From an uncultured Methanolobus sp. (GTDB lineage: Archaea; Halobacteriota; Methanosarcinia; Methanosarcinales; Methanosarcinaceae): a stretch of 64,000 nt of DNA. Below, piece by piece: positions 55,133 to 64,000 of the stretch. Location: NCBI GenBank assembly GCA_963675495.1, contig OY776215.1, forward strand, positions 2,368,001 through 2,432,000, in the 5' to 3' direction. Made by a program: the position numbers and the translations under genes. How positions within the stretch are numbered: the first letter of the stretch is position 1; each line of letters opens with the position of its first letter. The notes under the pieces were generated by a model that was not told the DNA's origin, did no database searches, and worked only from the letters and a program-made list of their open reading frames with translations.

Positions 55133-56467
55133 ATGAAGATCGTAATAATTGGTGCTGGTGAAGTTGGCTATCATATCGCTAAGGCTCTTTACCAGACAAA
55201 CGATGTTGTTATTATAGACCAGAATGAAGAAGCATGCGAACGTGCAGATGAGCTTGACGTTCATGTTTTGCATGGCAATGGTGCCAATGTATCCATTCTC
55301 CATGATATTCTGGAGGGAGCTGGTCTGTTGGTTGCTGTGACAGGCTCTGATGAGGTAAATATAGTTGCCTGTATGGGGTCCAAGCTCATTGCCAGGGACA
55401 AAGATAAATTAAAAACCGTAGCCAGGGTCAGCAATCCTGATTACATTGATCAACCTGTGACAAAAAGACCTCAAATAGGCATTGACATTATGGTATGTCC
55501 TGAACTATCCCTTGCTTCTGAGGTTGCCCGGATACTCGCAATTCCCTCTGCGATTGATGCAGAATATTTTGCAGATGGGAAAGTTGAGATGATGGAATTT
55601 GTAGTTCCCGAAAATCATTCTCTTGTGAATAAACATATGCAAGAACTCCACCTTGCAAATTGCTGTATTGTAAGTGCTCTTTTCAGGGATTCTGAAGTAA
55701 TAATCCCGCATGGTGAGGACGTAATAAAAGGCAATGATCATATCGTGGTAATTGGAAAACCGGCTTCAATGACCGAGGTCCGTGATATGTTCGGTGAAAA
55801 GGTCGGCAAAAGAAGTAAGGTGATGATAATTGGCGGTGGAATTGTAGGTTTCTATCTTGCAAAACTGGTCGCTAAGAGTGAGTTTGATCTGAAGATCATA
55901 GAGTCTAATAAGGAAAGATCTATGGTTATAGCTGAAGAACTTCCTGATGTATTGGTCCTCAATGGCGATGGAACTGATATTAATCTATTAAAGGAAGAAG
56001 GGATCTCTGAAATGGATGTTGTGATATCAGTCACTAATAGTGATGAAAAGAACCTTTTATGCTCATTGCTTGCCAAACAGCTTGGGGTGAAGAAAGTTAT
56101 AGCTCGATCAGACCGCTCTGATTATGTTTCCCTTTTTGAAATGGTTGGTGTGGACAGTGCTGTAAGTCCAAGGCAGGCTACGGTTAGTGAAGTTCTAAAA
56201 CTTACTTTTGGACAGGGAATTGAATCTGTCACAACCATAGAAGGCGAAAAAGCCGAGATCATTGAGTACACTACTTCTAAAAAATCAAAGATCGTGGGAA
56301 AACCTCTGAAAAGTGTGAAGTTTCCTCCCGGTGCGATTATCAGCATGGTTGTCCACAAAGGCAATACAGTGGTTCCACGTGGTGAATATGTTATAGAGGA
56401 AGGTGACAGGGTTGTTGTGTTTTCCCTGCAGTCCGCAAATTCAGAGGTAGAAAAACTTTTTAAATAA
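55133..56467 (+). CDS. trkA: Trk potassium uptake NAD-binding subunit
   Basis: Two RCK units: IIGAGEVG and IIGGGIVG. Confidence 0.95.
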   Translation: MKIVIIGAGEVGYHIAKALYQTNDVVIIDQNEEACERADELDVHVLHGNGANVSILHDILEGAGLLVAVTGSDEVNIVACMGSKLIARDKDKLKTVARVSNPDYIDQPVTKRPQIGIDIMVCPELSLASEVARILAIPSAIDAEYFADGKVEMMEFVVPENHSLVNKHMQELHLANCCIVSALFRDSEVIIPHGEDVIKGNDHIVVIGKPASMTEVRDMFGEKVGKRSKVMIIGGGIVGFYLAKLVAKSEFDLKIIESNKERSMVIAEELPDVLVLNGDGTDINLLKEEGISEMDVVISVTNSDEKNLLCSLLAKQLGVKKVIARSDRSDYVSLFEMVGVDSAVSPRQATVSEVLKLTFGQGIESVTTIEGEKAEIIEYTTSKKSKIVGKPLKSVKFPPGAIISMVVHKGNTVVPRGEYVIEEGDRVVVFSLQSANSEVEKLFK

Positions 56468-56479
56468 TCATCCATCGGG

Positions 56480-57922
56480 GTGGAGTATTTGAATCACGGT
56501 GTTATATTGAATGTTTTGGGAGGACTTCTCAGGTTCCTCGGGGCTATAATGATAATTCCTCTACTTGTTGCTCTTTACTACGGTGATTCTTTATATCCAT
56601 TTTTAGCAGCAGTTATTATTACTGGGTTAACAGGCATTTTGCTTTCTTATAGGTATAAAGCGACCGATGAGTGGAAGGCAAGGGAAGGGTTTGCCATTGT
56701 TGCATTTGGCTGGCTGGCAGCTGCCATTTTCGGTTCGATTCCTTTTATGCTGGATGGCTTCAGCCCTATAAACGCAATTTTTGAATCCATGTCTGGTTTT
56801 ACGACAACCGGAGCTACTATTTTACTGGATATAGAATCCCACTCCAAAAGTATACTCTTCTGGCGCAGTATGACCCAATGGATTGGAGGGATGGGTATCA
56901 TCATGCTTTTTATCGCCATTCTTCCAAAGCTTGGTGTTGCAGGAAGGCAGTTGTTCAGGGCAGAAGCTCCCGGTCCCACCGAAGATAAAATAAAACCAAG
57001 AATAAGGGAAACTGCAAAGATACTATGGATGGTATATTTGTTCATTTCTATAATAGAGGTCGCGGCTCTGATTCTTGCTAAAATGTCAATATATGATGCG
57101 GTCACACACACCTTTACCACAATGGCATGCGGCGGTTTTTCTCCCTATGCTAATAGTGTGGCAGCATTTAACAGTCCTCTTATAGAGGCCATAATAACTT
57201 TTTTCATGTTTATTGCAGGAGCTAACTTTGCGCTTCATTACAGAACACTATACACCGACAATCACAGTTTTTTGAAGGATGATGAGTTCAAATTCTATTC
57301 ATTCATAATTGCTCTTGCAACATTGGTATTGACTTTCAGTCTCTGGGGTGATATGGGGGAAACGATTCTTACGGCATTCAGATATGCTATTTTTCAGGTA
57401 GTTTCCATTACAACTACAACAGGATTTGCAACTGTGGAATTTGATCTGTGGTCTGATTCTGGAAAAATAGTACTGCTTGCAGTAATGTTTGTGGGTGGAT
57501 GTGCCGGTTCGACTTCCGGGGGTATAAAAGTAGTAAGGTTCTTTCTACTTCTTAAATACGCACAAAGGGCTTTGTTCAAATCAATACATCCAAGGGCTGT
57601 AAAACCAATAAAACTCAACGATAAGACCGTTCCTGACGATGTAATGCAGGCAATTGTATCTTTTGTAGTGATTTACTTTATGATATTTGCTGTATCCACA
57701 GGTCTTCTTTCACTATTGGGAATGGATCTTATTACTTCGATCACATCTTCCATAGCCACACTTGGAAACATTGGTCCGGGATTTGGTCTGGTAGGTCCAA
57801 TGGCAAGCTTTGACGTGGTACCATTCGTCGGAAAACTGTTATTGATAACAAATATGTGGATAGGCAGACTTGAAGTATTCACGGTAATCGTTATGCTGAC
57901 TCCTGAATTCTGGAAACGTTGA
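56480..57922 (+). CDS. trkH: Trk potassium uptake membrane subunit
   Basis: FESMSGFTTTG, QWIGGMG, GGCAGSTSGG, LGNIGPG, GRLE. Confidence 0.95.
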   Translation: MEYLNHGVILNVLGGLLRFLGAIMIIPLLVALYYGDSLYPFLAAVIITGLTGILLSYRYKATDEWKAREGFAIVAFGWLAAAIFGSIPFMLDGFSPINAIFESMSGFTTTGATILLDIESHSKSILFWRSMTQWIGGMGIIMLFIAILPKLGVAGRQLFRAEAPGPTEDKIKPRIRETAKILWMVYLFISIIEVAALILAKMSIYDAVTHTFTTMACGGFSPYANSVAAFNSPLIEAIITFFMFIAGANFALHYRTLYTDNHSFLKDDEFKFYSFIIALATLVLTFSLWGDMGETILTAFRYAIFQVVSITTTTGFATVEFDLWSDSGKIVLLAVMFVGGCAGSTSGGIKVVRFFLLLKYAQRALFKSIHPRAVKPIKLNDKTVPDDVMQAIVSFVVIYFMIFAVSTGLLSLLGMDLITSITSSIATLGNIGPGFGLVGPMASFDVVPFVGKLLLITNMWIGRLEVFTVIVMLTPEFWKR

Positions 57923-58139
57923 TTTACAGGTTGTTAATGTGGCTTCCTTGCAGGCCAGATATGTAACCTACATTTTTTTTTGTTTTTCTGCCGTTAAAAA
58001 ATAGCTTTTTTTGTCCATGCTGTTGTTCCACAGATTATGAATGTAGTAACTTTGGTGGCAGCAGTTAAAAGAACTTGTAACAAATCAGAATTCAAAATAA
58101 AAACAGAAAAAAGAATAAAGTGATTAAAAAATCACTTGA

Positions 58140-59354
58140 TCATTGTTCAAAGTCCAGTTCGTACTTCACAACGTTCTTAAAAAGTCCTCTTAGGTCCCAT
58201 AAGAGTTTCTTATTTGCCCTGAAGAGTGCATACAAAAGATCCAGCAGGCTCATACTGGTGAAATTTACATTTTCCAGTGAATGTGCCAGAGAATTCATTT
58301 CCTTGTCCGTAAAGTTGGTAAATGTATTTTTGACTATCAGGCTGTTATCTATTTCATAACCAATTGTTGTACGCCATTGACTCTCGTATTCCTGAAGGGT
58401 ATTGGTTGAGACATCATCTTTGGATATTGCCTTATATGCAACTTCTCCTGCAATCTTTCCAGCTTCCATTGCATTGATAATCCCACCGCCTGTTATTGGG
58501 TCGGATTGTCTGGCTGCGTCTCCGATAAGCATAAGCCCATTGGCAATTGTTTTCTCAATGGAACCACTAACTGGTACTCCACCAACATCCATTTCAAGGA
58601 TACTGGCATCAGGATATGTCTTTTTTACAAATTCATTCAGGTAGTCAACGGCCTTTTTTTCTCCGGATTTGCTGCCAAGAATGCCAATTCCGACATTTGC
58701 AAGATCATTTCCTTTTGGGAATATCCATACATAACCAGCTGGAGCTATCTCATTTCCAATATGGAAGTAGCAATAGTTCTGGTCGATACCTGTGCCGCTC
58801 ATAAGATACTGAGCACAGGTCTCAAGATCAGATGGTTTGATAGATGTGTCAATGCCTGCCCATCTGCCTACTTTTGATTCGACTCCATCTGCACCGATGA
58901 CGATTTTAGCTTTGATGTCGCATGTTTCCCCAAGGTGCATGATCTTTACGCCTTTTACAAAACCGTTCTCCATGATTAGGTCAGTTGCTCTTGTTTTGAC
59001 CATTACCTCTGCCCCGGCTTTTGCGCTTTCATATGCTAGTGCTCTGTCAAAGAGCTTGCGTTCAAGGACATATCCGACTTCTCCACCGGCAATCTCTTCT
59101 GCCATTTCGATCATAGTTCCATCGGGTGCATATATGCGTGATCCTTTCACGTCTGCACAGATCCAGCGGTGGTCAGGTTCTATGTGTTTCCTCAGCCATA
59201 TCTTGCTGACTCCCTCTGCACATCTGACGGGGTCGCCAATTTCCTGTCTTTTTTCTATCAGAAGGACATCAAGACCTTTCTGAGCAGCAGTTTTTGCTGC
59301 TATAGAACCGGCAGGACCAGCACCTATCACTACTACATCGTACTCACTCTTCAC
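58140..59354 (-). CDS. Digeranylgeranylglycerophospholipid reductase (GGR)
   Basis: [25 protein letters not shown]...PITGGGI. Confidence 0.92.
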   Translation of the reverse strand: MKSEYDVVVIGAGPAGSIAAKTAAQKGLDVLLIEKRQEIGDPVRCAEGVSKIWLRKHIEPDHRWICADVKGSRIYAPDGTMIEMAEEIAGGEVGYVLERKLFDRALAYESAKAGAEVMVKTRATDLIMENGFVKGVKIMHLGETCDIKAKIVIGADGVESKVGRWAGIDTSIKPSDLETCAQYLMSGTGIDQNYCYFHIGNEIAPAGYVWIFPKGNDLANVGIGILGSKSGEKKAVDYLNEFVKKTYPDASILEMDVGGVPVSGSIEKTIANGLMLIGDAARQSDPITGGGIINAMEAGKIAGEVAYKAISKDDVSTNTLQEYESQWRTTIGYEIDNSLIVKNTFTNFTDKEMNSLAHSLENVNFTSMSLLDLLYALFRANKKLLWDLRGLFKNVVKYELDFEQ

Positions 59355-59527
59355 TTTTTCACCTCAATAGCTCCAACCGGGCATATCTTAGCACAGATTC
59401 CACAAGATGTGCATGTCTCATTGACCTCTATCCAGGTTTCAACCAATTCAAGCGCGCCAACCGGGCATACGCTTACACATGCACCACAATACCCGCATTT
59501 GAATTTGTTTACGTTGATGGTCACCAT
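59351..59527 (-). CDS. 2[4Fe-4S] ferredoxin, GGR-associated
   Basis: [12 protein letters not shown] and [12 protein letters not shown]; overlaps the GGR start. Confidence 0.93.
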   Translation of the reverse strand: MVTINVNKFKCGYCGACVSVCPVGALELVETWIEVNETCTSCGICAKICPVGAIEVKK

Positions 59528-59643
59528 TATCACCTATAATTTGTATGATTCATCCCTCTGATTCAAGGGAAAATATATTTTTTTGATTAAAATTAAAATA
59601 ACATGATTAAGGAAGCCATTATAGTATAAGCACTATAAGTGGT

Positions 59644-60279
59644 TTATGCATCACAAGGGGCAGTTATTCTGGCTCTTGCCTTGCCTGTTTTCATATCAAA
59701 TCTTTCCATTATATATTTTCGGGAATTTCCATGTCCATGAAGCATTATTTCCACGAGGTCATGGGGTTCGTCGATATCTGTACTTAACAGGAAAGAATCA
59801 TAAATATGCACTGAACAGTTCTGTTCTTTTGCTATATTGCAGTGGTTAAGGAAACTGGATCCATAATATTTTACATGAAAATTCGAAGGGTCTTTTATGA
59901 ATACAACGTTTGTACCTCCGCCTTTCCCTGGAACGATCACTACGTCCTCTGGTCTTGCTGATATTTCCTCTATGTGTTCAGCTCTTACAAGGGGGAGATC
60001 TGCCATAATTATGAATATTGGCTCTTTTTCATTGACCAGATACTCATTGATGGCTTCGTTAAGGTCATGTTCACTAAGTACTACGTTTGTCTCCAGATCC
60101 TTGGGTACTCCGTTGTCAAGTGTCGTGAGTATGTCTACCTCTGTAATTTCAGCTTCCTTAAGGCTACCAACTACATCTCTTAACATCAGCTCTACGAATT
60201 CCTCCCGTTCTTCTTGGGTAAGCGCAGGTGAAAGCCTTGATTTGGCATTTTTCTTTTTGTACGGGATCAATGCTTTCAT
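59644..60279 (-). CDS. cofC: 2-phospho-L-lactate guanylyltransferase
   Basis: IPYK...AKSRLS, MADLPL, GGGTN, DIDEPHDL. Confidence 0.93.
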   Translation of the reverse strand: MKALIPYKKKNAKSRLSPALTQEEREEFVELMLRDVVGSLKEAEITEVDILTTLDNGVPKDLETNVVLSEHDLNEAINEYLVNEKEPIFIIMADLPLVRAEHIEEISARPEDVVIVPGKGGGTNVVFIKDPSNFHVKYYGSSFLNHCNIAKEQNCSVHIYDSFLLSTDIDEPHDLVEIMLHGHGNSRKYIMERFDMKTGKARARITAPCDA

Positions 60280-61355
60280 AAAACTGCCTCATAGAGTGCA
60301 TTTCTTTGTTTTGGCGTTCTGCCTGTTTGGCGAATCAACCACTCAATTTCAGCTGCCGGGGTATATTCCCCGTTAGTTCCCCCGGAAGCAACTGTGATCT
60401 TATCTTCCATAAGGGTGCCACCAAGGTCATTAGCTCCACAGGACAATGCAACCTGTGCTAACTTCTTCCCAAGTTTCACCCACGGTGCCTGAATATTATC
60501 AATATACTTGTGCAGTATTATTCTTGAAATGGCCTGCAATTGGAGATCAATAATACCTGTGGTCATGAACTTACCTCTTTGCATCATTTCTTCTCCAATC
60601 CTGTTGTTGTATGGCATAAAAGCCATGGGGATAAACTCGGTGAATCCGCCGGTACGTTTCTGTATATTCTGGATAGTGAAGATGTGGTCTATTCTTTCCT
60701 CAGCAGTTTCCACGTGTCCATACATCATGGTAGCGTTTGTCTGAAGACCTTCATTATGTGAAGCTTCAATTGTGTCGATCCACTGTTGTTTTGTAATTTT
60801 GCTTGGGCAAATTATCTTCCTTACACGGTCTGCAAGTATCTCAGCAGACGTCCCGGTCAATGTGCCTACTCCGCATTCTTTCAAAATACTGAAAGCTTCA
60901 CCAACTGGTATTTTCTCCATTTTTGCAGCATGGAATACTTCCATCGGTGAAAGGGCATGTATGTTCATTGAAGGATAATTGGAACTGATGGCATCAAATA
61001 TCTCAGTATAGTAATCCATGTTGAGTTGTGGGATATATCCTCCCTGGACGCAAACCTCTATAGCTCCTGCACTTTGCGCCCTTTCGACCTCTTCGAGCAC
61101 TTTTTCAGTTGAAAGGATGTATCCTTCTTTTTCTTTAAAGGCACAAAAACCACAATTCCCTGCACACATATTAGTGAGGTATATATTGCGGTTAGTGATG
61201 TATGTGACATCATTTCCTACAGTTTTGTAGCGCAAGTCATCTGCAAGAGAAAAAAGTTCAAAAGGACTTGCATCCAGCAATTTCATGGCATCTTCTTTGC
61301 GAATCTCACCATTGTATGCCCTTTCGATAATATCGTCTGTAATGATAGAATACAT
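60276..61355 (-). CDS. cofH: FO synthase subunit CofH (paralog)
   Basis: NRNIYLTNMCAGNCGFCAF, WVKLG, ANDLGGTLMED. Confidence 0.88.
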   Translation of the reverse strand: MYSIITDDIIERAYNGEIRKEDAMKLLDASPFELFSLADDLRYKTVGNDVTYITNRNIYLTNMCAGNCGFCAFKEKEGYILSTEKVLEEVERAQSAGAIEVCVQGGYIPQLNMDYYTEIFDAISSNYPSMNIHALSPMEVFHAAKMEKIPVGEAFSILKECGVGTLTGTSAEILADRVRKIICPSKITKQQWIDTIEASHNEGLQTNATMMYGHVETAEERIDHIFTIQNIQKRTGGFTEFIPMAFMPYNNRIGEEMMQRGKFMTTGIIDLQLQAISRIILHKYIDNIQAPWVKLGKKLAQVALSCGANDLGGTLMEDKITVASGGTNGEYTPAAEIEWLIRQTGRTPKQRNALYEAVL

Positions 61356-61362
61356 TGTTTCC

Positions 61363-62481
61363 TCAGGCGACCTTGAGTTTCATCTGTTCATGGTTGCTGG
61401 CATCGATGATCGGTTTATATGATGTATTTCTTTGAAGTGCCTGTCTTCCTGATGAAACGATGAACCATTCCAATTCCTGTGCGGACATGAATTGACCATT
61501 TGTTGAACCGGCTGAACTTGATATCTTTTCTTCCATCAGGGTCCCTCCAAGATCATTAACACCACAGAATAAAGCTACCTGAGCAAGTTTCTTTCCGAGC
61601 TTGACCCAGCTTGCCTGGATGTTCTTTATGTGTGTATTAAGTATTATGCGTGCAAGGGCATATAATCGCAGATCTTCCATTCCAGGAGTTGCATACCTTC
61701 CGTCCTTTATCATTTCATCGCCCACTTTGTTATTGTATGGCATAAAGGTCAATGGCACGAATTCATGGAAGCCACCTGTCTCTTTCTGTATATCTCTTAT
61801 TATCATCATGTGGTCAATACGCTCTTCAATTGTTTCGACGTGTCCATACATAATGGTTGCAGTTGTGTTTATTCCTGTTTTGTGAGCCTTGGTGATCACA
61901 TCTATCCATTCGTCAGTCTTGAGTTTCTCAGGGCAGATTATATTTCTGACTCTGTCTGACAGGATCTCTGCAGCAGTTCCCGGCATGGTGTCCAGTCCTG
62001 CATTTTTAAGGCGCATGAGAGCTTCTTCAACAGTTATATCACTCTGCTTTGCAGCATGATATACTTCCATAGGCGAGAATGCATGTGTATGGATATGTGG
62101 AAATTCTGTTTTAACCGCCCTTATTATATCTGTGTAAAAATTGATGTCGGAATTAGGAAGCAATCCTCCCTGGATACAAACTTCTGTTGCCCCAAGGCTT
62201 TCTGCTTCTCTTACTTTTTCAAGTATTTGCGGAATCTCCAATACATATCCTGTATTGTCTTTGAATGCACAGAAACCACAAGTTCCAATACATCGGTTTG
62301 TAAAGTTTATGTTGCGGTTGACTACGTAAGTAACAGTATCACCTACTGTTTCCTGACGTAACTTATCAGCAAATTCGAAAAGTTTGAACGGAGGGATCGT
62401 CAAAAGAAAAAGAGCATCTTCCTTTGAAACCTTACCTTCATAGGCACGTTCAATAATGTCATTTGGAATAGTGGGGTTCAT
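61363..62481 (-). CDS. cofH: FO synthase subunit CofH
   Basis: NRNINFTNRCIGTCGFCAF, MPGTAAEIL, QASWVKLG. Confidence 0.92.
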   Translation of the reverse strand: MNPTIPNDIIERAYEGKVSKEDALFLLTIPPFKLFEFADKLRQETVGDTVTYVVNRNINFTNRCIGTCGFCAFKDNTGYVLEIPQILEKVREAESLGATEVCIQGGLLPNSDINFYTDIIRAVKTEFPHIHTHAFSPMEVYHAAKQSDITVEEALMRLKNAGLDTMPGTAAEILSDRVRNIICPEKLKTDEWIDVITKAHKTGINTTATIMYGHVETIEERIDHMMIIRDIQKETGGFHEFVPLTFMPYNNKVGDEMIKDGRYATPGMEDLRLYALARIILNTHIKNIQASWVKLGKKLAQVALFCGVNDLGGTLMEEKISSSAGSTNGQFMSAQELEWFIVSSGRQALQRNTSYKPIIDASNHEQMKLKVA

Positions 62482-62533
62482 ATTTTCTCCGATACTTATC
62501 TCTTGTATTTAAATTGTATGCCCCGATCGTAAC

Positions 62534-63520
62534 TCATATTTTCCGATAGCCTTCTTCATCTGAAAGATCAGATATAAGGTCTTTCAGAACATCGCTGTAC
62601 CAACCTTTTTTTATGTATTGTGGGTAAATAGGCAACCTTTCCTTAAGTGTGACTTCCTGCACCATCTTTCTTAGCTCTGATACACTTGGCCACTCAGCTT
62701 CCGGATTTATCCAGTCAATAGTTGTCGGGGAAATTCCTCCAAGGTCATTGGCACCACATTGTATCAAAAGATAAGGATCAATAAGATTTGGTGCTACCTG
62801 AATGGCCACGTCACTTGGGAGTATTTCCCTTGCTATCAATATGATCTGCATCATTTCCTCTTCGGTAGGTGCGGGGAAATCTGCCATGGGGGTATCCGGT
62901 TTTGGCGTGAAGTTCTGTATGATCACTTCCTGTATGTGGCCATATTCTTCATGTAATTCTGCGATAGATAGCAGAGAATTGATCCTGTCATCAAGGGTTT
63001 CACCAATGCCCACAAGGATGCCAGTTGTAAAAGGAATGTGTAACTCTCCTGCATAGCGTATTGTCTTGATCCTCTGAGCCGGTACTTTTCCAGGTGACCC
63101 TTCATGTGCGGCAACCTCTGCGGTTGTCTCAAGCATCAGTCCCATACTGGAATTAAAGGTTTTTAGTTTTTCCAGTTCTGTATAGTTCAATATGCCCGCA
63201 TTAGTGTGTGGTAAAAGACCTTTATTTATTGCCAGTTTGCAAAGTTCACAAATATAATCAACAGTACTGGAATATCCCTGTTCATCTAACCATTTTTTAT
63301 ATTCCGGTACTTCCTCGGCATATTCTCCAAAAGTAAAAAGCACTTCTGCGCATCCTGCTTTCTTTCCCTGTTCAAGGATTGGCAGAATCTCTTCGATGTG
63401 CATCAGTTGTGCTTGTGGATCATCAGGGTCACGCCTAAATGTACAGTATGCGCACTTATTTCTGCAGATATTTGTGACAGGTACGAAAACATTTCGGCAA
63501 AATGTGACAAATTCATCCAT
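62534..63520 (-). CDS. cofG: FO synthase subunit CofG
   Basis: TNICRNKCAYCTF, LPHTNAG, PFTTGILVGIGE, QEVIIQNF, INPEAEWP. Confidence 0.94.
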   Translation of the reverse strand: MDEFVTFCRNVFVPVTNICRNKCAYCTFRRDPDDPQAQLMHIEEILPILEQGKKAGCAEVLFTFGEYAEEVPEYKKWLDEQGYSSTVDYICELCKLAINKGLLPHTNAGILNYTELEKLKTFNSSMGLMLETTAEVAAHEGSPGKVPAQRIKTIRYAGELHIPFTTGILVGIGETLDDRINSLLSIAELHEEYGHIQEVIIQNFTPKPDTPMADFPAPTEEEMMQIILIAREILPSDVAIQVAPNLIDPYLLIQCGANDLGGISPTTIDWINPEAEWPSVSELRKMVQEVTLKERLPIYPQYIKKGWYSDVLKDLISDLSDEEGYRKI

Positions 63521-63578
63521 TGTAAATTCCTTGATACAACAATTACATAAGTTTAATCAATTTCATTTTTTATAATAA

Positions 63579-64000
63579 CTATTTCATTATTAATTGCATA
63601 CAGTTATTAACTCCAAGCGCAATGCCTTCTACTTCTATGCCACCTTCACCTTTTGCTCCATCTCCTACTACATAAAGGTTTGTTATTGGTGTTTTATTGT
63701 TAAGGTCTGCACCCGAGGGTGACCTGTTAACAGGCCATTCATTTGAATATGATTGTATCAGAAGTACTTCATATTCCTTTCCTGCAAAAATATCTCTTAG
63801 ATCCTCAAGTCCCAATTCAATTTCTTTATCGAGATTATCCATGTCACTCCAGTGAACACATTGATGAGCCATGGTAAGGTGTTTTCCTTCCGGGGCCAGT
63901 TTTGGATCTATGTTTGTGACCTCATTGATCCCGTTAACTCTCTTGGCATAGGGTGTGAGCAATACTCCTCCATGTCCTATAAGTGGTTTGTCTGAAGAGA
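63579..64000 (-). CDS. Phytoene-desaturase-like FAD oxidoreductase, C-terminal part (5' end outside window)
   Basis: DPKLAPEGKHL, WPVNR, TPITNLYVVGDG; frame open to the window edge. Confidence 0.78.
   Translation of the reverse strand, partial: SSDKPLIGHGGVLLTPYAKRVNGINEVTNIDPKLAPEGKHLTMAHQCVHWSDMDNLDKEIELGLEDLRDIFAGKEYEVLLIQSYSNEWPVNRSPSGADLNNKTPITNLYVVGDGAKGEGGIEVEGIALGVNNCMQLIMK

Overview
Chromosomal window of a cytochrome-bearing methanogenic archaeon (Methanosarcinales, Methanolobus/Methanococcoides-like; inferred from gene content). Two housekeeping blocks flank a more variable region. The left block (1-28.5 kb) holds htpX/pspAB, pyrD/pyrK, the alternative heme pathway (ahbD-ahbA-ahbB-sirC-hemA-hemB-hemL-hemC), a divergent ccmD?-ccmE-polyprenyl synthase-radical SAM unit and the A1AO ATP synthase operon. 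The accessory segment (28.6-45.3 kb) holds a repeat-rich surface protein, bcp, transporters, a sensor kinase, a multiheme cytochrome c and a PEF-CTERM protein. The right block (45.4-64 kb) holds tRNA-Ala, EF-1beta, mfnD/F/E, grpE-dnaK-dnaJ-trkA-trkH, geranylgeranyl reductase with ferredoxin, and cofC/H/H/G. Main observations: (1) a 10-heme-motif, PGF-CTERM-anchored cytochrome c gene interrupted by one in-frame TAG, a pyrrolysine read-through candidate; (2) the large surface-protein gene lies between two copies of the bcp 3' end, like an integrase-less island inserted into bcp; (3) a four-hairpin candidate RNA followed by two unannotated zinc-ribbon microproteins; (4) several hidden small genes, two of which appear to start at ATA. 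No CRISPR array, transposase, integrase or rRNA was seen. All calls come from reading the sequence; no searches were run.
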